Shown in pieces: positions 34,576 to 48,145 of a stretch of DNA of 64,000 nt. The stretch is from Curvularia clavata (taxonomy: Eukaryota): positions 2,232,001 to 2,296,000 of the forward strand of contig CP089280.1 of the NCBI GenBank assembly GCA_023920165.1. Reading direction: 5' to 3'. Under the pieces are notes generated by a model. That model ran no database searches, was not told the origin of the DNA, and saw nothing but the letters and a program-made list of their open reading frames with translations. The position numbers were made by a program, and so were the translations under genes. The first letter of the stretch is position 1. Each line of letters begins with the position of its first letter.

Positions 34576-37500
34576 ATGGAGCTCGAGTCAGAATCATCGC
34601 GACGCGAGAGTCGACAAGCGCACCGACAGGCTCCTGCCACTAGCGCCGAAGCCAACGACAGCAGTGATGAGCCAAAAGTTGTCCATCTTCGCGATCATTC
34701 GGGGACCGAATACGTGTTTCCTTTTGAATTATGTCGCTCCAGAGAGGTGTGTGCTTTTTGTTTCCCCGAGTCTTCTCTCTCGAGGAGAAGTGCCAAAATC
34801 ATGGCAATTTGGCAGCACTGACCCCTTCTTCTTTAGTCCACCGAACTGCTTTGGAAAGAAATATACGCCAAGCGCGATCAAAAATGGCTAGAAAAAATTG
34901 ACAAAGGTGAATATGACGTTCGCAGCGGGACTTCCATCATACTGCCAAGTGTTTGGAGTGCCATTGTACGGCCTAACATGGCTATCCAAATCATCTTCTC
35001 AGAGCTGCCTACATTTGCCAAAATGCATGTTAGCAATATCGATGTCGAAACATTGGATCTCTATAATATTCCTTGGAAGTATGACACTGTAAGTCAACTG
35101 ATTCTTTGGCAAGAAGCTTCTAGCGTTGACAGGCAAACAGAACCCTGAATACGTTGTTCTTCTTCGCGAGATGCCGCAACATGAGATGGACGTCCTTTTC
35201 GAACACACGCGCCGCCTCCGCTCAGTTCGTGGTAGGAGACGCTCCATAGAGCCCGAGAGGCGTGACAGGAGGGGTGATGAGGATGTGAATGAGTCGGACG
35301 ACGATGAGGAGACGTATATGCGTAGGTGGCGTAGACCCGCTTCTCCATCCCCGCCACCTCCACGACATGTGCGTGAGAGGCCTAGATCCTCTTCTCCATC
35401 CCCATCACCCCCACGACATGTGCGTGGGAGGCCGAGATCCTCTTCTCCATCCCCATCACCCCCACGACATCAGCGAGGTGATCCGACTGATGCTACTCCC
35501 GAAATTCGCACTGTCACATTCGACATCGCCTCCCCGGTGACGTCGATTACTCGTCGGGAAAGCGACCTTTCCTCGAGCGAGGATTCTTCTGACAGCCTTA
35601 CATCGACCAGTGATAGTATAGAGATAATACGCGTCGACCCGTATGAGCCCCCTCGTGAAGTGGTGGCGCCAATAGACGCTGAGGGTAACCAATTGTCTTT
35701 CCAAGTCAACACAAAACACGTGCAAAATCTCATCGAGTTCAGTAAGGGTTCACGAGACCAAAACATGGACCAGGAAACCCCTTCAATAAAGAAAGATGTT
35801 GGCAACTTCCAAACCCAGACGTTTCGGATCACTCGAGCCATGATTGATGAAGCCGATGGACGGAGCCAGATTCAGATTCACGTCCTACCAGGCCCGGAAA
35901 ACCCTCATTTGCAATCAGCAGTGGCATCGACCTGGTATCATATCTCGGCCAGTGAGCTCGATTTCACTCATTTCCGTGACGTTTGTCTGACCATGCCGCA
36001 CTTGAGTGATCGGTTACGAAAACTCACTTCTGAGATGCTGAAAAAGGTCTACACCGAGAAAGCAAAGCCATTCGATGGTGGCATGTTTATCGAGCCGGGG
36101 ACGGTTCTGCGAGCTGATGAATCCGACCAGCCAGATCCACAATCCGTCATCTTCAGCTGCGTTCCGTATTTTTCTCTACAGCCTCCACCCAAGAAGTCTT
36201 CTCGTAATGAGAGCAGCCTCTTTCCACAGCGGACCCTGATGCAAACCTTCTACCCCTACGAACCCGTCCGTGAACGAGACCAGGAGCAGTCCTACAGAAG
36301 ATTCAGCGAAGACCGTGCCAACAATATCATCCAGGTCCCCAATCTCTGGATGATGAACATAGGGTCCACTTATGTCGTGACATGTGGCCACATGCTTCTG
36401 ACCAAGGAGATGACCAACTCGATGACTATCATCGAAGAAGACATCAAACAACTCAACACGAGGCAGGTGGCAGAGAATGATCTGACAAAAATTAGATTCA
36501 CAGATTGGGGGGGACGCGATTTCATCTTTGCGCTCAGCGCTTGCAGATCCTATTTTCAGATGGAAGCAAAAGCCCGCGAAATTGGATACATGGTCAATAC
36601 TCGAAATTACAATGCAAAGATACGTTTGCAGTACAGAGCTCAAGAGGGCAGCTTCAAAATCACGCCAAGGAAATGGAGAAACGTCGTCACACGGACTGAT
36701 CAGATCTCGATTAACGTAGTATCAGTGAATGACGATGAAATAGACCAACATTCTCCTGCGGAACCTGGTTACTACACCACCACCACCCTGATACATGTAC
36801 CTCCGTTCTTCCACTGGCCACAGCAAATTGCCAAAGACATCGACAAGGAGCACACAAGCGCGACAGTCCCAGCCCCGTCAAGTGCACCACAGCCCTCTGA
36901 TTGTCTTGAGCAAGTCGAAAAGGCCCTTACGACCGAGACACTGCAAGGAAGCATGATCAACGCTGTCGATGCAACTTTTACTTCTACCGATCATTACAAA
37001 TCACTCCCGAAAGTTACATATTCAGATGCTCATGCTGCATTTGACCGTCTCCGAAGTCAATGCGAAAGTGTCAAGAAAGGTGCATCGGGTCCCACATTTC
37101 ATCAAATTACCATTGACCGGCAGCGAGCGGGTATCCTGGAGAAGTCGATTGAATTCTTCGATACTACTCGCTTGATCTGCAACCTTTTTGTCAGTGACAC
37201 AGACGAAAGCGATATAATAAGTAGGATCTGGGGTGTGATGGTCAAGATACGTGAATGGGTAGCAAGACTCGAAAGCTACAGGCCGTCGGACCAGCCCTCT
37301 GACAGGGACACTGCTTCTGGAGAGGATGATACTTGGCTCGTTCGTCCCACGGCCAGCCCCTGTCTAGTGTCTCACCCTGAAGGCAGCCCTGAATTTATCA
37401 AGTCGATCGGACGATGCAAGCGATGTAGAAAGTTTCGCTCATTCGACAGTCAGGAAGAAGCGCTCCAACATCTGCAGCGCCACATAAAACCGAAGAGCGA

Positions 37501-39482
37501 GCCTCAAAAGCTCCAAAAGGCAGACCAGAAGGACCGCTTAGCGAGTGACGAATCGTCCACGACGAATGTGCCCTTGAATGCGCAAACGAAAGCCTGGGTC
37601 ATAAGAGCCACGGAATTTTGGCACGAGCAGACAAACGCTGGAGTTCTAGAAATACTCACCAAGGCATCTCTCCTGGCAAGGCACATATTCGACCAAGCTG
37701 AAGAGCTCAGGGACGGTGTGACGAATGAGGATGGGCAGATGTCTGAGTTGTACACACTACCCAAGGAACTTCCAGGGACGTTTCGAGCAATCATTGTCTT
37801 CTTCATGGCCACCGAACGAGCTTTGCAAGAGGCTGTCATGGCTCGTGGACAATACCATCGCTTGAAGAACACGTATGCACCTGAAGCCCTGCCATATTCA
37901 AAGAGAGGTCTTGAAGTTTTCGAAAAGTTCAAGGGAGACGCAATACGGTCACTGATGATTGCACGGGCACAGCTTTGCTACATGGCTCGGTCCGATCCGC
38001 CAATCGATGTGACAAAGTACCTCTCTCGAGGACCGGAGTATATTGGTGGCTGGCTAATGAGGAGACTGTTGCTGAAGCCGCTCCAAAAACGTGCAACTAT
38101 AGGGGATCTGTATCGGGACTACATTTCGAGGCTGGTAAGTATCTCCACAGTGTTCCCTCACGGTTCACGACAGTCAGCTGGACAACAGCAACCTACTTGC
38201 TCAGCTTCTGGAGATATCAATTTCCACCACTCAATCTCCAGCTAACCCTTGGCAGCAATTCCAAGTCAACCATCGTCCGAGCAAACGCCTACTTCGCGAC
38301 CTCAATCTTCTTCAAGAAGAACTCTCGATCCTGACGTCGGTCAACACGCGGCAAGCTAATCTCGTGAGGAACTACCTAACCGTTCTTGATGATGCCACAT
38401 ATGAGAAAAGGATACCTTCACGACAGAGCATGTTCCCATACGAGCGCATCCTGCTGGGAGCCTGCCTCGAGAACCTCGAACTCGTCATGGAGGATTACGA
38501 AGACCTGATTCGCCGGTGCGGGCCCCTCGCTAACCGCACTAAGCAAAGCCTCGAGATCAATGAGGAGGACCATGGTAAGGCCATCATGGTATTCACGGTT
38601 GTGACTGTCATCTTTCTGCCATTGTCGTTTGCAACAAGCTATCTTGGGATGAACACGGCGGATATCCGCGACATGGACCAAAAGCAAGGCCTATTCTGGA
38701 CTATTGCCATACCACTGACGGTTGTCACGGTGGGAGCATGTTTGCTCATTGGGTACAATGGCGAAGAAATTCGCGACATGTTCATGTGGATGTATCACAA
38801 AGCTACGGGCAAGCAAGAAGCAAACATTGGAGGCACAGGCATCAGCGTACCCCGACGAAAACGCCCGCTCAGCACACTGGGAAACTCTAGCAGCACTACA
38901 TTGGAGTCGTCAACCTTCGCGAGCGAAACTGAAGTCATTAGGCCTCGACCTCTTTTTGAGTACGGCACTGTACCATACACAACGGGATGGCTTCCAGCAG
39001 ATGACCCATGGTACACAGCACATTATGAGCCGACGGTTCGACGTTCAGCAGAATCCGGTATTCGAAAGGCCAAAAGCGAAATCTACGAGGATCACCTTTC
39101 CGCGCCTCCTGCAGCTTCGTACAGAGTGCAAACGCAAAGGACGAGAGTGCCTATATACGTGCATAACACAGAAATGGACCACGAATATGTTGATGACCGC
39201 CATAGAAGAAGCGGCTACAATCACTATTCCGAGCGACCAGTGCCTGTTGGCTACCAGTACAATGAATACAGCGGTTTGGACCCGGCCACGCCGCGGCGGT
39301 CGTATGTTTCGTCTCGACCATCTCGGCCATCGCAGCCTGAAGTGCCCATTCGCCAACCGTCAGCAAGGGCGTATGAGCTTGATAACGACGACGACAGTGA
39401 AGCATATGGATATACGTGGGGGAAGAAAAAGGAGCGAAGCCGTAGTGGCAGGCATCGGCGCGCCGACTTCTTTGAGCGGTAG
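34576..39482 (+). CDS. Large (~1500 aa) protein with C-terminal CorA-like Mg2+-transporter transmembrane pair and N-terminal ubiquitin-like domain
   Basis: CorA signature IMVFTVVTVIFLPLSFATSYLGMN + FWTIAIPLT; N-terminus YVFPFELC..GEYDV..IILPSVWSAIVRP; introns ~34747-34836, ~35089-35140, 38135-38255. Confidence 0.75.
35340..35470 (+). repeat. Coding 51-bp tandem repeat, ~2.6 copies (17-aa unit RPRSSSPSPSPPRHVRx)
   Basis: tctccatcccc..ccacgacat units start at 35342, 35393 and 35444. Confidence 0.85.
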
Positions 39483-40909
39483 TCATGGGCTCTGCTGCCA
39501 AGCGTCGAGTGTGAGCATCATACAAGAGAGCATGCAATGGGCATGTAGCCAAGATACGGGGCTGGGCCTTCTGAAAGTGTTCAAAGCTAGATAGGATGGG
39601 TGTCTGGCCAAAAGATGGACCAACAAGTACCAAGGCGTGAAGTTGGCAGGGTACAGGCAGGCACAAAGCAGGCTAGCGCATCGGCTGATCTCCGCGGGTA
39701 TCCATGCAGGCATATCAATCGACGGCAGTGGGTGTGGGATCACGCAGGGCGGGACTATCAAAAGGATGAGCCGCTTTTCCCGTGTCGCGCAAAATTGCCC
39801 GGTTTTTGTGCTTTTTGACGTGTTTGCGTGCAGGCCGTTGTGACGCGCCGCGTGGCGTCGAGATGGCCCAGAAAGGAGTAGGAGGCTAGCAATTGGGTTA
39901 GAGGCAGCGGAGTAGCGTGGACAGCGAATGGGGTAGCGCGGTGCATGTAGTCGAAGGCAGAGCGGTGCTGGAATATGGACGTCGTCATCTTGTGAGCGGT
40001 GTGGCCAGCGAGAAGGCGCACTAGAAGGCGGTTTAATGCCAAGAAAAGCTTATATTTCCAATGTGGCGTAACGCGAAATTGCACAAGAAACAGCATCATC
40101 GTCACCACGACCACACGAGGGCATGTTTGTGCACGCCAAAAATTGTTGTGCATGCGGGAGAAAGACAGAGGCTTCTAGGCGCGGGCGCGATGCAGTATTG
40201 AAGCAGGGAAAAGCCCTCCTGTAGCGGGACACCAAGAGCAGCTGGCGTAAAGGCTGACGCCACAGCTGGAGAGCAGGGCATCGAGGTTGTGGCTGACATG
40301 TTTGTCGCGCCATGACGCAACCGCGACGCACTTGATGGCGCCGATCCGTCCCCAAACATCACCAAGAGGCTCGTCATACCACGCCAGGGCAGTCCTCAAT
40401 TGAGCTCGTGTGGCCGCATTTGTTTGGATGAAGCGTACACAATTGTGGTTCCGCACGGCACGCGGTGGGTAGTGGAGGTGGGCGACGGCACTGCTTTGGG
40501 TGTATGCACGCCTCCATGGGCGGCGAATTGCGAATAGCCTGACCAGACAAAGGACACGAGCAGCATAGTAGTAGCAGTAGTAGTAGCGGCTGGCGGGGTC
40601 ACGCCCAAGCAGGTTCCTTCCCATTGAGCAGCGTCGCAGTTGCAAGCCCAGACCTCGTCCCAAGGCGGGAAGCTACGACCGAGTGACGTAGTAGCTGCAA
40701 ACGCCCGTGTTACCCAGCCCACCGCAAATACAAAGCTGCTTGCTGCCCTCGCCTTGCCCGCTTTCCCTCTCTCTCATCCATATCCAGATACCCGATACCC
40801 CTGTGCACTTCACACAACCCACCTTGATCCTGTTCCATTGTTTTTTCCCCCATCCCGCGTCTGCTATTTTGATACCCCCTGATACCCCAACACTGCACAC
40901 ACGTACACG

Positions 40910-43810
40910 ATGAGCGCTGTAAACCGTACGTACACTTACCCCGCTCCACCTGCTCTAGCTCGCCCGTGCTAACGCAATGCAGGTCCAGTGGACTTGAAGC
41001 AGAAGGAGAAGGACGTCAACAACAAGCTCCAGCTATATGGAATCGTTGAGGCCTTCTCCAATGGCAAGGTCCCCTCCAACAGCCAGATCGATGTTGCTCT
41101 CAACTCCGCATTGGCACACCGGGCGCTCAGCTCGCCATCCAAGAAGCTGTCGCCCGAGGGCCAGAGTCTCGTCACAGACTTGAAGAACGTCATTGAGCAG
41201 GCCAAGATCCTTCTTCTCACCAAGAACGAGGGCAACCTCCTCCAGGACTTCATCTGGCAGGCCGAGCACATCAGCGGCACTAGTGCCAACCGTCCCAATG
41301 TCCCCGTTGACAAGGACACCGCAAGGCAAGACGGCAACAACGCTCTCCAAGGCCTGCGCACTCTCGGCACACTGCTCATCTCCAACGGCCAGTTCAGGAA
41401 GCTTCTGTCAGATGCCACTGTTCTCCTCCGTGACATGGCCGGTGATGCCGCCCAGAACACTGCCAACAAGGTCAAGCCTTCCGAGGACCGCCTGAACAGG
41501 CTGGATGAGCCTGCCGAGGACAACACCTGGCATGACACCTCCAACCTGAACCGCGAAAACCTCATGAACCAAGCCAAGAGCAGCCTGCCGTTCGGCAACA
41601 AGAACAAGCAGGAGCTCAAGGAGGAGGCCAAGGACATTAACCAAGCAGCCAACCCCGAGGGAACTCGCGATCCCACTCACACTGCCGACCTTGCTGCTCG
41701 CGAGGGCCAGACTGGCCAGACTACCGGTATCGACGTCCGCAGTGGCGTCGAGGCCGCCAAGGAGAAGGTGGATGCAAACACCTCCGAGGAAGACAAGCAG
41801 CGGGTTCGCGCTCGCCGCGAGCAGCTGAACAACTACCTCCGGGGCAAGATGCCAGAGGAGCGCCGCGAGCAGATCAGGTGGCGCCTTAAGAAGATGATTG
41901 TCGAGATTCAGGGCCACCAGGACTACCAGCGCGCCATTGAGACTCTTCTCGACCTTGCCGAGCGCTACTCTAACCACGGCAAGATTCTGGGCCAGCAGGG
42001 CAAAGGCTCTGTGCAAGGTGCGCATCAAGACGATGCACTAACAACTGCTGAAGCTGACCTCAGGGTGCGTAATCTAGGTTTCACTAAAGAGAATCAATGG
42101 CTGACCAACATCAAGACCCTCCTCGAACGTTTCGCCAACAACACGTCCTTTGACGACCTCATCGAGTCCATCAACCAGATCTACAAGGACGCCGACAACG
42201 ACCCGGAGCTCAGGAACTGGTTCCAGCGTATCAACCGCTTCATCCGCAAGACCCTCCAGCAGCAGGGCTTCGTCCTCGAGGACAGCTTCAACGCCGAGTG
42301 GAACCAGATCTACGATGACGGCCACCACTTCTTCCGCAGCCGTTACCGAGGCCACACTGACCGCATCGCTGATGAATTCAAGTTCATCGGCCAGCAGTTT
42401 GACGCTGACCCTCAGAACAAGCAGTTTGCCGAGTCGGTCAACAAGCTGTTCCGCGACCTTGGTCAGGACGAGAACGGCAAAACTGTCTTCAAGCCTCATC
42501 TCCTCAAGGACTTGTCCGAAGTCATCCTTCCCGCCATCTTCGAGAATGTGCGCTACATCCCCATCCCACGCATCGAGTACAGTGATCCCATGGTCGACGC
42601 TGTTGTCGAGAACCTCGTCATCGAGGGTGACAACCTCGCGCCCAACTCTCTCGAGTTTGGTTCTGATAACTACTGGCGCTGGGGCCGCAAGACCATTTCG
42701 AGCAAGAACAAGAACAAGCTCATGCTCTCCGTCTCGGGTGTGCAGATGGACCTCAGGGACGTCTCGTACTACGTCAAGCGCAAGCAAGGCTTCCCTTCCA
42801 TCACCGACAAGGGTGTCATGGACGTCTTCATGGGTGGCTCCGGCTTCAGCTTCAAGGTTGAGATGGAGACTGCTGACAAGGCCCGCGAGAATGCCCAGAC
42901 CCACTTCTTCAAGGTCACCAAGGTCGAGTCGGATATCAAGAACCTGCAGATTAAGATGAAGAAGAGCAACCACAAGCTCCTCTTCAACATGTTCAAGCCT
43001 CTTCTCCTCAAGGTTATGCGCCCTGTCATCCAGAGGGTCCTGGAGAAGCAGATTAAGGACTCTGCTAACCAGCTCGATGGCCTTCTGTATGACATCAAGA
43101 CTGAGGCCGACCGTGCGGCAGCCGAGGCCAAGGCCAACCCCGACCCCCAGAACATCCAAAACATGTACCAGCGCTACGCCACCTCTGCCCAGCGCCGTAT
43201 CATGCAGGGCAAGCAGAAGAAGGAGTCCCTCAAGGAGAAGACCAAGGATACCAAGGTCAACGTTGCCGTCACTCAGCACGACTCCATCTTCAAGAACATC
43301 TCTCTGCCTGGCGGTATCTCTTCCAAGGCTACCGAGTACAAGGAGCTTGCAGCCAAGGGAGAAAAGTGGGAGAGCCCAGTCTTCTCTATTGGCTCTGCCA
43401 AGGAGACCTCTAGCCTCCCTCAGGTTGGCAAGATCACTCGCAAGCCCCATGGCCGCCCAGGTGGCTACGGTAACCCCACTGACGGCTCTCGTGGTCTCGC
43501 TGCCTCTTCCGGCCTGAACCCCTCTGCCAACCAGTACGATAGCCAGTACACCAATGCCGGTGGTCTCGGTGCTGAGCCTGGTCTTACTACTGCCAACCAG
43601 GGCTTGACTGGCGGTGCCCCCGCCACCGGTGCTACTTCTGGATTCGGTACTCAGGTCGACAACGCTTTCAACACCACCGGCGCTACCACTGCCGGCTCTA
43701 CCGGTCTGAACAACCCCGCTGCCGTCCCACCTACCGATGCTACTACTACTGGCCAGCAGTTCAACACCACCTTTGGTGACCAGAACCCAGTCTTCCAGGG
43801 TCGTGCTTAG
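40910..43810 (+). CDS. Conserved fungal protein, HAM1/DUF4449-like (BPI/TULIP-like fold suspected)
   Basis: MSAVN|RPVDLKQKEKDVNNKLQLYG (intron 40926-40982); GKVPSNSQID; LLQDFIW; YIPIPRIEYSDP; probable intron 42065-42115; Gly/Thr-rich tail; strong C-ending codon bias. Confidence 0.7.
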
Positions 43811-44993
43811 ATGCACGCTCTCTAACAGTGATACCCGGTATGCTTTGACGGCTTTATGTCACAATCATCACGACTTTCCTATGTTTTTGATCATGGGTGA
43901 TACCACGACTGCGCCAAGGCGCATTCGCACAACATGAATAGCAAATGGCATATTTTTCTTTTTGTTTGCTGGCTTTTATAGCAGAGAAGGAGAAATGGTG
44001 GATAAGTGCCTGTAATGAGGAGGAAACTGGGGGAAGACCTGCTGGTCATGAGACTGGTATTACGGTACCTTTTCGTGTAGTAATAGCTAATAAAATTGAT
44101 GCTTGTGATATGAATTGCCTGATGGTGATGGTGAGCAATGAACGTGGTGCATGGCTGGGCAAGGTGGCTTGGATGTTTATTCAGAGGATGCCTGAGCTCC
44201 GGGGATGGATTATTCATGACTTGTTTACACAATTTCTTGATTTTCTGAATGCTTCAGTCCGTGGAAACTTGGTATTACTGTAGTTGATGTTAACAGCTCC
44301 CACCTTCTCAGTCTGGAATACCTGAAGCAATTGAGAAGGCTTTAGTTTGTTTTTTCCTCTCACGTCTTGTTCTATTCATGCAGAAAAGCAGGTATAGATA
44401 AAATAGCTAGATCGTGTATTAAAGGAACGTCAAGTGAATAAATGATCAGATGTTTCCTACGGCAACACGACTAGACGTTCCTACTTCGGATGCAAAGAGG
44501 GGTAGTAACAACCCGCTTCAAGTAACGATCTACACAACACGAACAATGTATGACTTGCAGTTTGATAGACAACTCCGTCTGTCCGGCCGGCCCCAAGTGT
44601 CATCGTCACTTAAGGTTTCTCGCATTCGCACTAGGCCTTGCCCAGAACAGCTCTCTGTTTTTTCTCCGCCTTTCGGACACAACGCCGCATGGTGCTTGGC
44701 CCCCCCGCGACTACCCGTCCAGCTTCTGAGCTTCTTGACCCGCCAGCTCCGCAGTCGCACAGATATGATCATCTTTTGACGTAATGCAAAGATGGGGCTA
44801 CGAAGCAAAGACTCCACAAATGCAACTGATCCTGTGTGCTTACGTAGAGCGGGGTACCTCGGTGCGGGGTGGTCCAAAAAGAGGACGTTGATGGGAGGTA
44901 TTTTATGTGCTTGGATACCTATATCTCTAGTATTATTACGGGTATTGCTTTTTTGTTTGGTGTCAATTGATGTGAATTGAAGAGTCAAAGAAA

Positions 44994-46234
44994 ATGGCGT
45001 CTAAAGAATACAAGTTCCCCGCTTTCGATGACGCGCCCAAGGTAGAGGGCATGGTAAGTCGTAGAAACACCTACAGGATATGTTTGATGATGATTGCATG
45101 AAACTGACCTGATATCCTTAGCCCCAAGGTAATCTCTGGGGATTCTTCGACGAGAACGGAAAGAAAGATGAAGTCGGAAGTAGGTTCTTTTGCTCTCCAA
45201 CCTCCCCCGCCTGCTTGAACCCCAGTGATTCCTAACGACAATTTTTGCAGCCATCAACCTCCTTACGCCCTCGGTCGTCAAAGCCGCATCTAAAGAAATC
45301 CAAACGGGAGAAAGCATCCAACTCGACTGGGAACTCCACAACGTGCAATTCCCAGGCTTCAACCGCAAGCCTTTTGCCCAAACCCACATTGACTTTTGCA
45401 CTTTTTCCTCTTTCGTCGCAAACGACGACGAAATCTACATCAATACGCAAGCAGGCTCGCAATGGGACAGCCTCAAGCACTTTGCGCACCAGGCCACTAG
45501 CACTTATTACAATGGGCTTACGCATGAAGAAGCTGCGCACAGTGTCACCAACGGCACGCATAATTGGTGCGAGAGAGGCGGGATAGTGGGAAGAGGTGTT
45601 TTGTGTGATTGGCTGAGATGGTACGAGGAGACAAAAGGCAAGGAGGCGCCGAGTGCCGTGTCGAGACATGAGATTCCTGTAGAAGAGATAGAGGAGACGT
45701 TGAAGTGGCAGGGGACAGAGGTGAGACAAGGGGATATCTTACTGATTAGGATGGGATATGTGAGGTGGCATAAGTACGTCTTTCTCTCCCTTTCCCTTTC
45801 CCAAACTGCCTACTAGTATCCTGAGTCTTCTTTCTTCTTTCCACATATCTGTTACGCAACAAGTAGAATAAAGCTAACGAGATATAAGTAACGCAAACGA
45901 AGCTGAGCGCAAATCCGGCACCTGCGACAATAGCGTTGCAATCGGCTTGCAGGCCTCTGAGCGCACCGTCCGCTGGCTTTACGACCGCCATTTCGCTGCT
46001 CTGGTAGGCGATAATATCGCTTTTGAAGCTTGGCCACCAAAGTTTGAAGAGGGTTGGTGTCTGCATGAGTGGTTGCTCGTGCATTGGGGTACGGCCATTG
46101 GCGAAATGTGGGATCTGGAGAAGCTGAGTGAAAAGTGTAAGAAGGATGGGAGATATAGTTTTTTCCTAACCAGTGCGCCGTTGCATGTCAAAGGTGGGAT
46201 TGGGAGTCCCCCGGGGGCGATTGCAGTGTTCTAG
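44994..46234 (+). CDS. Putative cyclase / kynurenine-formamidase-like family protein
   Basis: NLWGFFD..DEVG|INLLTP; NTQAGSQWDSLKHF; GGIVGRGVLCD; GDILLIRMG; GDNIAFEAWP; LHEWLL..WGTAIGEMWDLE; three introns. Confidence 0.85.
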
Positions 46235-46995
46235 GGGAGTTCGATTTATGTAGAGGGTGTGTTATTTTGGGTTGGAATTTGGGAGATGGGAGTTTTTGGA
46301 AGGGAGAGTCTGGTCCATTGATATGTCGAGTCGGGAGCCAGAGTTTACAGTGTGTGTTTCCCATGCTTTTAGTGAATACAACCCAAATTGGAGTAGTTGC
46401 AATGCGGGAATCAAAATCAATCTTCGTTGTCAATTCTTTGTGTTTGAGAAATACTTGCATATATCTCAGAGGATGAAGGGTTTTGAGTAGAAACTCAGGT
46501 AACCCGTTTTGTTACTTGGTTACGAAGATGAAAACAGTTTAAAAGATGATTCGAATGCTTAGGAAATACTCAGACATACTGTTTTGAGACAAAAAATACC
46601 AACAGGTTGAACTATAACCCAGGCTGAATAGTGGGGAGTACTTTAGACGAGGTCGCGTGACATCTTTCTCCAAACAGGCAGATAACTCTGAAGAAACCAG
46701 GGATATTCCTTGCTAGGTACACAGGAATAAATCACCTCCATGTTTGTCTCGCGACGTTTAACGTGTGGCGGTGCAGAATGATCCTTATCGATAAGCGAAC
46801 GCACCACCTCACGTGCTGCATGATCTTTTCGTGTAAGATCAGGCAATCCATCGGCTTTACTTTTGTATTGCATCTCATGGTTTTTCTCCATTGATGCAAA
46901 GCCTGAGGCAATCGCTTGTCTCACTTCCGAGGCAACGTTCACTCCACGCGCCAGCACGCCCCTTCCTAAAACAAATTCATCCCCGCCGTTTCATC

Positions 46996-48145
46996 ATGGA
47001 CTTTTCAACAGATACCACCGAACGCGTTCGTATGTCTCCCCATCATTCTGGATGGGTCTGGCTAACATGATCCGCAGAAAGGATCTGTACATCATGATAC
47101 CCATGCCACTCCGCCTCAATTCATCCAAAGGGAACACTGGCGTTACCAAAGCATGCGCAGAGCCGACTTGGAAAATGACCCAGACATTTTTGACCTGAGT
47201 AAACGCCACGAGTTCAGCGAAGAGCGCAAAGACATCTGGCGTCCCGCTGGCATCATTCCCGCAGCTCAGATTGAAGCTGCATGTCAGGCTTATGCAGGCG
47301 GTAAACCACTATCGGTACCTGTAGAGGATGCCCAGATCTTCGAACACCGTGATTTCCCCGGCCTCCAGGTTATTTCCAATCTACTACCTCCAGAGACACA
47401 GGTCCTGTTCACATCCTGCCTGATGCATAGGGATCTAGCAGACCCTGGACATAAAATTAACCTCCAGGCCGATTACGACATCCCCTATCCGCCAAAGCCC
47501 ACATCCGAGGCAATGCGGTTCGATAGCAGCTTTTTTCTTCGTGAACGGTCAGCTGCAGACGACTCTCTTGTTCCGAAATCATCAGATAAGCAAAAGTTGC
47601 TGAACGAGCAATTTCTCTACTCAAAACTTCGGTGGCTCACGCTCGGTGAGCAGTACGACTGGCCAACTCGCAGTTATGCAAAACATGCCACACCGTTTCC
47701 CGAAGACTTGTCACGGCTAGTTACCGGTCTTTTCCCCCACATCCGTCCCGAGTCTGGTGTAGTGTTGATGTACTCGGCTAAGGATTTCATGCCCGTGCAT
47801 CGCGATGTTAGCGAACAGTGCCAACGGGCGCTTGCAAGCTTTAGTGTGGGGTGCGATGGTATATTTATCATGGCAAAAGGAGAAGACAACGGAGAAGGAG
47901 AGAATGCGCCGAGGAGCGTCGCTATTCGGGTCCATAGTGGCGACGTCGTCCATCTTACAGGTGACGCGCGGTGGGCGTGGCATGCAATGGCACGCAGTAT
48001 CCCCAGCACATGTCCACCTCATCTTGCGAATTGGCCAGTCGGCACCCCTGGCGCGACCTCCGCAGAAGAGAAAGCGTATAAGAAATGGAAAGGCTACATG
48101 GGCACCAAGCGCATCAATGTCAGCTGCAGGCAGGTCTGGGATTAG
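46996..48145 (+). CDS. AlkB-family 2OG-Fe(II) dioxygenase (ALKBH1/Abh1-like)
   Basis: KLRWLTLGEQYDWPTRSY; HRD; SFSVGCDGIF; SGDVV..ARWAWH; RINVSCRQV; intron 47026-47077. Confidence 0.88.

Noticed and set aside
38722..39594. 290-aa alternative-frame ORF over the CorA-like 3' exon
   Set aside because: Non-ATG start, same-strand overlap with the supported frame, no motifs.
42074..43816. 580-aa antisense ORF overlapping the HAM1/DUF4449-like gene
   Set aside because: Expected shadow of strong C/G-ending codon bias (few TTA/CTA/TCA codons on the sense strand); L/V/G-rich and with no motifs.
46643..46957. 104-aa ORF divergent from the AlkB gene
   Set aside because: GTG start with an upstream in-frame stop; overlaps the AlkB promoter; no motif.
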